Source: a bacterium
Lineage (GTDB): Bacteria; Margulisbacteria; WOR-1; CAVSGV01
Length of the DNA: 36,972 bases
Reading direction: 5' to 3'
Assembly: GCA_043820455.1 (NCBI GenBank)
Contig: JBDRDU010000073.1
Span: 1-36,972 of the forward strand
Position numbers and translations under genes: made by a program. Positions 29,033 through 36,972 of the stretch are shown in pieces; position 1 is the stretch's first letter, and every line of letters starts with the position of its first letter. A model generated the notes under the pieces. The model worked only from the letters and a program-made list of their open reading frames with translations, had not been told where the DNA came from and ran no database searches.

Positions 29033-31162
29033 TCACGAAGCTTTTGTAAGGGGAGCGTACTTGGCCATGAGAAGCTTTTCTCCGGCGGCTTCAAAGGTCA
29101 CCTGGATCATTAATTCGCTTCCCTTGCCGGATAGCCCGATTATCTCTCCATGGCCGAATTTCGGATGATTAATGGTGTCTCCAACATTGAAATTATATTC
29201 TATCTCCTCGGCCGGCACATCTATCTCGATCTTTTCAGGCCCTTTGGCGGCAGAGTTGGCCTTCATAAGCCCCTCCGGTATCTCTTCAAGGAATCTCGAC
29301 GGTCCGTTATACCAGCTCTCTCCGAATATCAATCGTTCTGCGGCCGAGGTCAAATATAGACGCTTCTTTGCCCTTGTCATGCCCACATAGCAGAGGCGGC
29401 GTTCTTCTTCAAGCTCGGCGGGTTCAAGAAGGCTTCGATAATGCGGGAATATCCCTTCTTCCATTCCGGCGATGAAAACCGCAGGGAACTCAAGCCCCTT
29501 CGCACTGTGGAGCGTCATCAATGTGACCGCAGGAGTCGATTCATCCAGATTATCCAGGTCGGTCATCAGGGAAACCTGGATAAGGAAAGCCAGCAATGTG
29601 TTCTCCGCGGAATTCTTCTCGAATTCCTTCGCGACGGATATCAATTCTTTTATGTTCTCGACCCTGCTTATGGCCTCGAGGGAATTCTCCTCCTCAAGCT
29701 TTTTTTTGTACCCGGACTCATTGATCACTTTTTCTATCATCTCGGATGCGGTGAAATTCGGAAGATCGAACTTGAAGCCGTTTATGATGTCGGCGAATTT
29801 TTGCAGCGGTTTATTAAGCTTCGGCGTCAACCCAAGCTTGTCGATATCCTGGATCACCTCAAAGATCGACTTATTCTCTTTTTCCCCGGCTTCTTCAAGC
29901 TTTGTCAGCGTGCCTTTGCCGACCCCGCTGAGAGTGTTCATTATCAAACGTGCCGCGCTTATGTTATCCTTCGAATTAACTATCAGCCTCAGATACGCAA
30001 GGATATCCTTTATTTCCGCCCTTTCGTAGAACTTGACGCCGGAAACTATCCGGTAGGGGATGCTTTCTTGCATGAAGACTTCCTCAAGCACGCGAGACTG
30101 GGCGTTAGTTCTATATAAGACAGCGAAATTGTTATACATATACTTATCCGCAAGCTTTTTTATCTCGCTTGTTATGAATTTTGCCTCGCCGTGGGAATCG
30201 CCGGCGGTAAAATGCTCAATGAGCTCGCCCTCCGGATTCTCCGTCCAGAGGTTCTTTTCTTTTCTAAGCTCGTTATTGGCGATGACATTGTTTGCGGCAT
30301 CAAGTATCGTTTTTGTTGACCTGTAGTTCTGCTCCAGCAATATGACCTTGGTGTCCTTGTGATCGCGCTCAAAATTAAGGATGTTCCTGAAATCCGCGCC
30401 ACGCCATCCGTATATCGACTGGTCGTTGTCTCCCACCACGCATAGGTTGTGGTGCTTTTTTGCGAGCATGTTCGTCAATGTGTACTGTACCAGGTTCGTG
30501 TCCTGGTATTCGTCCACGTTGATATATTGCAATCTGTCCTGATAGGATCCCAGCGTTTCGGGGGAGGCATTGAAAAGCTTGACGGTGAACAGGAGCATGT
30601 CGTCAAAGTCCATCGCGTTGTTCTTGAAAAGCTTTTCCTGGTAAAGCTTGTAGGCGTGAGCGAACTTTTCCGCGGAAAAGTCAAGGGCAGTGTCTTCGTA
30701 TTCCTTCGGGCCTTTAAGCTCGTTTTTCGCCTTGCTGATCTTTTCAAGCACTACCCTTGGCTTGAACCTGTCGTCAAGATCAAGCTTCTTTATTATTTCC
30801 CTTATCAGCGATTCCTGGTCGTTCTCGTCGAAAATGAGAAAGTCCTTCCTCCAGCCGATCTTGTCGATATCATGTCTGAGTATCCTTCCGCATATGGAAT
30901 GGAAAGTCCCTATCCAGAGCTGGCGCGACAATATCCCTGTAAGGCGGTTCAAGCGGTGCTTCATCTCGTTCGCCGCTTTGTTGGTGAAGGTCACGGCAAG
31001 TATGCTGGAAGGCGGGACATTGTGTTCCTTTATAAGATAGGCGATGCGGTGCGTTAAAACCCTGGTTTTTCCAGACCCTGCGCCGGCGATAATAAGAAGG
31101 GGGCCATTAACGTGCTTAACGGCTTCTTGCTGTTCGGCGTTCAGGCTCTTAAGTATGGACAT
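29033..31162 (-). CDS. pcrA: UvrD/PcrA DNA helicase
   Basis: AGAGSGKT, DEYQDTN, VGDNDQSIYGWRGA, TLHSAKGLEF, EERRLCYVGMTRA, C-terminal HPKFG domain; start trimmed (31162 or 31168). Confidence 0.96.
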   Translation of the reverse strand: MSILKSLNAEQQEAVKHVNGPLLIIAGAGSGKTRVLTHRIAYLIKEHNVPPSSILAVTFTNKAANEMKHRLNRLTGILSRQLWIGTFHSICGRILRHDIDKIGWRKDFLIFDENDQESLIREIIKKLDLDDRFKPRVVLEKISKAKNELKGPKEYEDTALDFSAEKFAHAYKLYQEKLFKNNAMDFDDMLLFTVKLFNASPETLGSYQDRLQYINVDEYQDTNLVQYTLTNMLAKKHHNLCVVGDNDQSIYGWRGADFRNILNFERDHKDTKVILLEQNYRSTKTILDAANNVIANNELRKEKNLWTENPEGELIEHFTAGDSHGEAKFITSEIKKLADKYMYNNFAVLYRTNAQSRVLEEVFMQESIPYRIVSGVKFYERAEIKDILAYLRLIVNSKDNISAARLIMNTLSGVGKGTLTKLEEAGEKENKSIFEVIQDIDKLGLTPKLNKPLQKFADIINGFKFDLPNFTASEMIEKVINESGYKKKLEEENSLEAISRVENIKELISVAKEFEKNSAENTLLAFLIQVSLMTDLDNLDESTPAVTLMTLHSAKGLEFPAVFIAGMEEGIFPHYRSLLEPAELEEERRLCYVGMTRAKKRLYLTSAAERLIFGESWYNGPSRFLEEIPEGLMKANSAAKGPEKIEIDVPAEEIEYNFNVGDTINHPKFGHGEIIGLSGKGSELMIQVTFEAAGEKLLMAKYAPLTKAS

Positions 31163-31231
31163 GAGCATGACATTATACCAAAAAAATGCCCCCCCGACGA
31201 GTCGAGGAGGCACTTAATGATATCTATCCAG

Positions 31232-31849
31232 CTACATCAAGTACTGCAGGGCCAAAGAGAATGTCGAATAGCTTTCGTTGTCCGCAGTGAACATCGCGAG
31301 TTCGCCCATAAAACTCACCGTTTTGTTCAATGAGTATTTTATGCCGCCGCCCCATTGGAGCGCTGATGATGAAGTTGACGCTGTTCCCGTCGCTTTCGCT
31401 GAAAATTGCAGAACATTGAGAAGGCCGTATACCGTGAAATTGTTCCTTAAAGATTTGCTTATTTCCACGCCGAATCCCATCGTGCTCGTTGAATAATCCT
31501 TTGACGATGAGGAATCATAATTAAAAACCCCGGCCATATCGATAGGGTCTTTTGCGGACATCTTTAAGAAAGTATATTTTGCCCCAACCCCCATTGTCGT
31601 GGAGCTGACTCCCGCAACAGATCCCATGGCTAGCTTGCCGATCAGGTCGAGGTCTTCCGTCGCGCCGTATATGATCCTCGGGCCGAACTGCGTCAAGCTT
31701 GAATCAAGGGCTTTAACGTTAGTCGAGCTGTAAAATCCCTGGATAGCCAGGTTATCCATGCCTATCGGCAGGGCTGACATTAGGTTTTCTGCGTAGCAGG
31801 TGCTGACCAATAAACTCGCGATCAAAATCGATAATAATATTTTTTTCAA
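31232..31849 (-). CDS. Probable outer-membrane beta-barrel protein
   Basis: Signal peptide, alternating beta-strand pattern, C-terminal FSLALQYLM; TTG start with GGAGGTG SD. Confidence 0.65.
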   Translation of the reverse strand: MKKILLSILIASLLVSTCYAENLMSALPIGMDNLAIQGFYSSTNVKALDSSLTQFGPRIIYGATEDLDLIGKLAMGSVAGVSSTTMGVGAKYTFLKMSAKDPIDMAGVFNYDSSSSKDYSTSTMGFGVEISKSLRNNFTVYGLLNVLQFSAKATGTASTSSSALQWGGGIKYSLNKTVSFMGELAMFTADNESYSTFSLALQYLM

Positions 31850-31948
31850 ATATTTTCACCTCCCTATGGGAATAATTCTACACAAAGCAGTTTTTAAGTC
31901 AACTCATAGTTTGCAAGATACTTTTTATGATGATAATATTGCTTCCCC

Positions 31949-32803
31949 ATGCCAAAGAAAAAGAACAAATTCGATGAACTTGTAAGGATCGTCCGCCGCC
32001 TCCGCGCCCCGAACGGCTGCCCGTGGGACCGAATTCAAACTCACGCGACCCTTAAGCCCTATATGGTGGAAGAGGTATATGAAGCGCTGGAAGCCATAGA
32101 TTCCAAGGATCACAGGAAGCTGGCCGAGGAGCTTGGCGATATCCTTTTACATATAGTAATGCACGCGGAGATGAGCAGGGAAGAAGGGAAATTCGAGATC
32201 GGTGACGTCATTGATTCGATCTCGGCAAAAATGGTAAGGCGCCACCCCCATGTTTTCTCGAACAAAAAAGTCAGATCGGTCGAGGAAGTGTGGAAAAAAT
32301 GGGAAGAGATAAAAGGGGAAGAGGTGAAGGGAAAAGGGGAAAAGCACAAAGGCATTCTCGAGAGCGTCCCGCATGCCCTGCCCGCGCTGTACCGGGCCGA
32401 CAAGGTCCAAAGAAGGGCTGCAAGGGTAGGGTTCGACTGGAACAACGTGGCAGGTGCTTGGCGGAAAGTTGATGAGGAGAAAAGAGAGATTCACGAACTG
32501 CTGCGTAAATCCAAACTTCAAACCTCAAAATCCAAAACAAATCCCAAAACCAAAGCACCAAACAAAAAACAAAAGGAGAGGATTACAGAAGAGATTGGCG
32601 ATCTGTTGTTTGCCATAGTTAATGTCACAAGAAAGCTGGATATCGATGGAGAGGAAGCGCTTCAGAAAGCCACCTCAAAGTTCATGAGAAGGTTCAAGGA
32701 GATCGAGCTTCACGCCAGGAGATCCGGAAGGCATGTCAGCAAGCTGACCCTCCCCGAAATGGACGCAGTGTGGAACGACATAAAAAGGCGAGAAAAAAGA
32801 TAA
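31949..32803 (+). CDS. mazG: Nucleoside triphosphate pyrophosphohydrolase MazG with in-frame repeat insertion
   Basis: GCPWD, EEVYE, EELGD, RRHPHVF, GFDW, EEIGDLLF. Confidence 0.95.
   Translation: MPKKKNKFDELVRIVRRLRAPNGCPWDRIQTHATLKPYMVEEVYEALEAIDSKDHRKLAEELGDILLHIVMHAEMSREEGKFEIGDVIDSISAKMVRRHPHVFSNKKVRSVEEVWKKWEEIKGEEVKGKGEKHKGILESVPHALPALYRADKVQRRAARVGFDWNNVAGAWRKVDEEKREIHELLRKSKLQTSKSKTNPKTKAPNKKQKERITEEIGDLLFAIVNVTRKLDIDGEEALQKATSKFMRRFKEIELHARRSGRHVSKLTLPEMDAVWNDIKRREKR
32507..32563 (+). repeat. In-frame heptamer tract in mazG
   Basis: aaatcca aacttca aacctca aaatcca aaac aaatccc aaaacca aagcacc aaac, encoding KSKLQTSKSKTNPKTKAPN. Confidence 0.85.
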
Positions 32804-32857
32804 TCCCCCATCTCGCATCTCGCGCCGCTCATCTCATTGTGTTATAATCCAGCTCTT

Positions 32858-34684
32858 ATGAAAGATACATGGAAAAACCTGTTCTTCTACATGCTGTTCC
32901 TGCTAATAATAGTGTCGCTCCTGGCGCCGTTATTCAGCGGACAGCCAAAATCTTCAGAGATAGCTTTTTCGGATTTTCTGAACAACATTGAGAACGGCAT
33001 TGTCCATAGTGTATCGGTGAACGGCGACATTATTGCAGGCAAACTTAAGAACGGCCAGACCTTCAAGACAAGAGCATTCAATTACCCGGGATTGATACCG
33101 ATGCTCAGGGAAAAAGGTGTCAGTATCAGCATTGAGCAGCCGTCGGATTCCGGTTGGTTCTGGAACCTGATCATCCAGCTGGTGCTTCCGCTCCTGTTCT
33201 TTGCGGGCCTCTGGTGGCTCCTTATGAGGCAGGCTGCGGGTTCCTCAAGCCAGGCACTGTCCTTTGGAAAATCCAGGGCAAAACCGTTGCAGGGAAAGAT
33301 AAAGATCACTTTCGCTGATGTGGCGGGGGTGGATGAGGCAAAGGAAGAATTAAGCGAGATAGTGGAATTCCTGAAAACCCCCCAGAAATTCCAAAAACTC
33401 GGCGCGAAGATACCAAAAGGGCTTTTATTGATGGGCGCCCCGGGGACGGGAAAGACCCTTCTGGCAAGGGCCATAGCCGGGGAGGCCGAGGTCCCTTTCT
33501 TTTCCATATCCGGCTCTGATTTTGTTGAGATGTTCGTCGGCGTAGGTGCCTCAAGAGTAAGGGACCTGTTTACTCAGGCAAAAAAACAAACTCCCTGCAT
33601 AATATTCATGGACGAGATCGATGCTGTTGGCCGCCACCGTGGGGCGGGGTTGGGCGGGGGCCACGACGAAAGGGAGCAGACGCTGAATCAATTGCTTGTG
33701 GAGATGGACGGGTTTGATCCGAACACCAATATAATTGTGATCGCAGCTACTAACAGGCCGGATATCCTTGATCCTGCTCTGCTTCGGCCCGGAAGGTTTG
33801 ACAGGCAGATAGTTCTCGACAAGCCTGACCTCAACGGAAGGCGCGGCATTTTGAAGATCCATGTGAAAGGAAAGCCGCTGGCTAAGGATTTTGACCTTGA
33901 TATTATTGCAAGAAGGACCCCCGGATTCACCGGAGCGGACCTCGAGAGCGTATTGAATGAAGCCGCCATACTTGCCGCGAGGGCCAATAAAAAACAGGTA
34001 TCAATGAACGAAGCGAGCCAGGCCATAGACAGGGTCATTGCGGGCCCCGAAAAAAAGAGCAAGGTGATATCCGACAGGGAAAAAGAGATAATCGCATATC
34101 ACGAAGTAGGCCACGCCATCCTTGCAAGGACACTTAAGAATGCCGATCCGGTGCACAAGATATCCATACTTCCAAGAGGCCTTGCGCTCGGCTACACGCT
34201 TCAACTTCCCCTTGAAGACAAGTACCTGACCACAAAGAGCCAGGCAATGGACCAATTAACAGTAATGCTCGGGGGGCGGGTTTCGGAAGAGCTGATCTTC
34301 AACGAGCTGACATCCGGGGCTCATAACGATCTTGAACGTGCCACGGAAACTGCGAAAAAAATGGTGTGCGAATTCGGGATGAGCAGACTGGGCTTACGGA
34401 CATTTGGAAAGCGCGACAGGCAGATCTTCTTGGGACGCGACATCACCGAAATGAAGGATTACGGCGAAGAAACTGCGGATGCGATAGACAAGGAAATAAG
34501 ACATATAATAGATGAATGCCACACAACGGCGAAAAAAATACTTTCGGCGAACAAGAATAAGCTCATCGCGATCGCGAAAAAAATGAAGGAAGTCGAGACT
34601 CTCGAGGGAGAAGAACTGGAGAAGGTGTTCAATGATCTGGGGCTTAGGGCGAAAAACGGCGGGGGAAGAAAACCCACAGGCTGA
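32858..34684 (+). CDS. ftsH: ATP-dependent zinc metalloprotease FtsH
   Basis: Two TMs, [30 protein letters not shown]; start trimmed to 32858. Confidence 0.97.
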   Translation: MKDTWKNLFFYMLFLLIIVSLLAPLFSGQPKSSEIAFSDFLNNIENGIVHSVSVNGDIIAGKLKNGQTFKTRAFNYPGLIPMLREKGVSISIEQPSDSGWFWNLIIQLVLPLLFFAGLWWLLMRQAAGSSSQALSFGKSRAKPLQGKIKITFADVAGVDEAKEELSEIVEFLKTPQKFQKLGAKIPKGLLLMGAPGTGKTLLARAIAGEAEVPFFSISGSDFVEMFVGVGASRVRDLFTQAKKQTPCIIFMDEIDAVGRHRGAGLGGGHDEREQTLNQLLVEMDGFDPNTNIIVIAATNRPDILDPALLRPGRFDRQIVLDKPDLNGRRGILKIHVKGKPLAKDFDLDIIARRTPGFTGADLESVLNEAAILAARANKKQVSMNEASQAIDRVIAGPEKKSKVISDREKEIIAYHEVGHAILARTLKNADPVHKISILPRGLALGYTLQLPLEDKYLTTKSQAMDQLTVMLGGRVSEELIFNELTSGAHNDLERATETAKKMVCEFGMSRLGLRTFGKRDRQIFLGRDITEMKDYGEETADAIDKEIRHIIDECHTTAKKILSANKNKLIAIAKKMKEVETLEGEELEKVFNDLGLRAKNGGGRKPTG

Positions 34685-35570
34685 AGAAAAACTTATCGAA
34701 TGTGTCCCGAACTTCAGCGTCGGGCACGACAGTTCCGTTATCCACAAGATAGTTGATTCCATAAAAGGATCCTCGGTAGATGTCATAGACCAGTCATACG
34801 ATAAAGACCATAACAGGCTTGTTATCACGTTCATTGGAAAATCCGAAAATGTCCTTAATGCCGCGTTCAACTCCATCCAAACCGCTTCAAAACTTGTTGA
34901 TATCAATAAGCAGACGGGCGTCCATCCTTTTATCGGCGTGGTTGACGTGGTGCCTTTCATCCCGCTTAAAGGGGCGAAGATGAATGATTGCAAGGACCTT
35001 GCGAAGTCTCTCGGCAAAATGGTCGCCGATCAGTTGAAGATCCCGGTTTATCTTTATGGGGAAGCCGCAAGGAACGGGAATTTCAGGCATTTATACAACA
35101 TAAGGCACGGCGGGCTTGACCATTTAAAGACGGCGATCTCCACAAAAGATTTTAAGCCTGATTTCGGCGAGCCGAAAATTCACCCCACCGCAGGGGCGGT
35201 CGCGATAGGCGCAAGAGATTTTCTCATCGCTTTTAATTTCAACCTGGATACGGACGATCTCCAGGCGGCGAAAGATATCGCAAAAATGATAAGGGAAAAA
35301 GACGGAGGGCTTCCGGGGATAAGGGCTCTTGGGGTCCCGCTCAATTCAAAAAAAATAGTCCAGGTAACGGTGAACGTGACGCATTACAAAAAGACCTCCC
35401 TGAAGGTACTCATGGACAGGGTGAAAAAAGAATGCGAAGCCAGGAAGATCCAGATACTCAATACAGAGCTTATTGGCCTTGTCCCGAAAGATGCCACTTT
35501 CCCTGGGATGAAGGAAACCCTCATGCTGGAAGACTTTGACGAAGGAAAGATACTGGAAACTTATCTATGA
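34632..35570 (+). CDS. Glutamate formiminotransferase (FTCD N-terminal part only)
   Basis: LIECVPNFS.G, D.DHNR, HP.IG.VDVVPF.P, HPTAGA, GAR.FLIAFN; start uncertain. Confidence 0.88.
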   Translation: MIWGLGRKTAGEENPQAEEKLIECVPNFSVGHDSSVIHKIVDSIKGSSVDVIDQSYDKDHNRLVITFIGKSENVLNAAFNSIQTASKLVDINKQTGVHPFIGVVDVVPFIPLKGAKMNDCKDLAKSLGKMVADQLKIPVYLYGEAARNGNFRHLYNIRHGGLDHLKTAISTKDFKPDFGEPKIHPTAGAVAIGARDFLIAFNFNLDTDDLQAAKDIAKMIREKDGGLPGIRALGVPLNSKKIVQVTVNVTHYKKTSLKVLMDRVKKECEARKIQILNTELIGLVPKDATFPGMKETLMLEDFDEGKILETYL

Positions 35571-36972
35571 GCGAAGAACTCTCTAAAGTATACGAGCCGA
35601 AGTCCGTCGAGGAAAAGTGGTATAAAATATGGGAGCAAAATAATTACTTTGCTCCAAATGGATCGCTTTCGACCGCGCCTTTCGTCATAGTAATTCCCCC
35701 TCCGAACGTGACCGGCTCGCTTCACATGGGGCATGCGCTTGACAACACTATCCAGGACATCCTTATAAGATATAACCGGATGAAAGGGTTGAGAGCGCTT
35801 TGGGTCCCCGGGACCGACCATGCCGGCATTGCTACCCAGAACGTGGTTGAAAAGGAATTGTATAAGGAGAAAAAGAGAAAAGAAGATATCGGCAGGGAAA
35901 AATTCGTCGAAATGATCTGGAAGTGGAAGGAAAAATACGGCGGCCAGATAACGATGCAGCTAAGGCGGCTTGGAGCATCCTGCGACTGGACAAGGGAACG
36001 GTTCACAATGGATGAGGGATTATCGAAAGCGGTCAAAAAAGCGTTCGTAACTCTCTATAACGACGGGCTTATTTACCGCGGCAAAAGAATGGTCAACTGG
36101 TGCCCGAGATGCAAGACGGCTATCTCGGACATTGAGGTGGAGTATACGGAAGAAGCCGGCAAACTATGGCATCTAAAGTATCCCGTTGAAGGATCAGGGG
36201 AATTTATCACGGTTGCCACGACGAGGCCCGAGACGATGCTGGGGGACACGGCGGTGGCGGTGAATCCGGAAGACGCCAGGTACAAGCATTTTATCGGGAA
36301 AATGCTCGTTCTTCCCCTTGTGGGACGAAGGATCCCGGTGATAAAGGACAGCTTTGTGGACCCGGCATTCGGCACGGGAGCGGTCAAGGTAACGCCCGCT
36401 CACGATCCGAACGACTACGAGATCGGCCTGCGGCACAACCTTCCTCAGATAATAATGATGCATCATGACGGAAAAGTGCATATCAGTCATTTTCCGGATG
36501 AAGAAAAAAAACATATCGCTTCGTATGAGGGGATCGACCGCTTCAAGGTGAGGGATATGATAATGAGCGACCTTGAAGGGGGCGGCTATCTTGATAAGAT
36601 CGAAGATTATAAGAACAGGGTTGGCAGATGCTATCGATGCAAAACAATAATAGAGCCCAGTCTTTCCGACCAATGGTTCGTAAGAATGAAAGACCTGGTA
36701 AGGCCTGCCATACAGGCGGTTGAGGACGGAAAGATCAGTTACATTCCCGATCGCTGGACAAAAGTATACATAAACTGGATGGAAAACCACCGTGACTGGT
36801 GCATTTCCCGGCAGATATGGTGGGGGCACCGCATACCCGCATGGGAATGCGGAAATCCAAAATCCAAAACCCAAAATCCAAAAGAAGGATGTGGAGAAAT
36901 TATCGTGTCAGAGGAAACTCCCGCAAAATGCCCCAAATGCGGAGGGACAAATTTGATCCAGGATCCGGATGT
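35567..36972 (+). CDS. valS: Valyl-tRNA synthetase, 3' end beyond window
   Basis: PPPNVTGSLHMGHA, GTDHAGIATQ, ATTRPET, GTGAVKVTPAHD, DWCISRQIWWGHRIPAW. Confidence 0.97.
   Translation, partial: MSEELSKVYEPKSVEEKWYKIWEQNNYFAPNGSLSTAPFVIVIPPPNVTGSLHMGHALDNTIQDILIRYNRMKGLRALWVPGTDHAGIATQNVVEKELYKEKKRKEDIGREKFVEMIWKWKEKYGGQITMQLRRLGASCDWTRERFTMDEGLSKAVKKAFVTLYNDGLIYRGKRMVNWCPRCKTAISDIEVEYTEEAGKLWHLKYPVEGSGEFITVATTRPETMLGDTAVAVNPEDARYKHFIGKMLVLPLVGRRIPVIKDSFVDPAFGTGAVKVTPAHDPNDYEIGLRHNLPQIIMMHHDGKVHISHFPDEEKKHIASYEGIDRFKVRDMIMSDLEGGGYLDKIEDYKNRVGRCYRCKTIIEPSLSDQWFVRMKDLVRPAIQAVEDGKISYIPDRWTKVYINWMENHRDWCISRQIWWGHRIPAWECGNPKSKTQNPKEGCGEIIVSEETPAKCPKCGGTNLIQDPD
36853..36880 (+). repeat. Four tandem heptamers in frame in valS
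   Basis: aaatcca aaatcca aaaccca aaatcca inside WEC-GNPKSKTQNPKEG-CGE. Confidence 0.85.

Noticed and set aside
29441-31057. Long antisense ORFs (29441-30118, 30449-31057; also 34394-35017, 36194-36874)
   Set aside because: They are shadows of well-conserved genes on the opposite strand, with no recognisable motifs
25677-31162. pcrA-slt-ruvB as a novel defence or DNA-uptake system
   Set aside because: All three are ordinary full-length housekeeping proteins; adjacency alone is weak evidence

Overview
Bacterial core-genome window of about 45% GC (estimated by eye) holding roughly 40 genes. In order: ilvD-ilvB-ilvN (minus strand), aroC, an rpsP-KH-ylqD-trmD-SPOUT-rplS-lepB-rnhB cluster with no rimM, HU, yraN-comM, an ORF6N protein, an unannotated 34-aa basic protein, an RRM protein, a five-gene surface-glycan locus, an EF-like protein-glnA-larA operon, UPF0280, a metallophosphoesterase, hisB-lapA, an HTH/Doc toxin-antitoxin module beside an AT-rich pseudogene, pcrA-slt-ruvB, an outer-membrane barrel, mazG, ftsH, a formiminotransferase and partial valS. 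A diderm envelope, ylqD and an RRM protein are compatible with a non-photosynthetic relative of Cyanobacteria such as Saganbacteria/Margulisbacteria (inference only). The most unusual signal is a family of degenerate 7-bp repeats (AAATCCA-like; three copies share an AAAC phase shift). It forms intergenic inverted repeats next to promoters and also sits in frame inside three housekeeping genes (trmD, mazG, valS), in valS splitting a zinc-knuckle CxxC. Other leads: a 140-nt rod-shaped ncRNA candidate, a Doc toxin with an excisionase-type HTH antitoxin and a tandem 29-bp operator, an attenuator-like leader before the RRM gene, and many apparently leaderless genes. No tRNA, rRNA, CRISPR array or transposase was seen.
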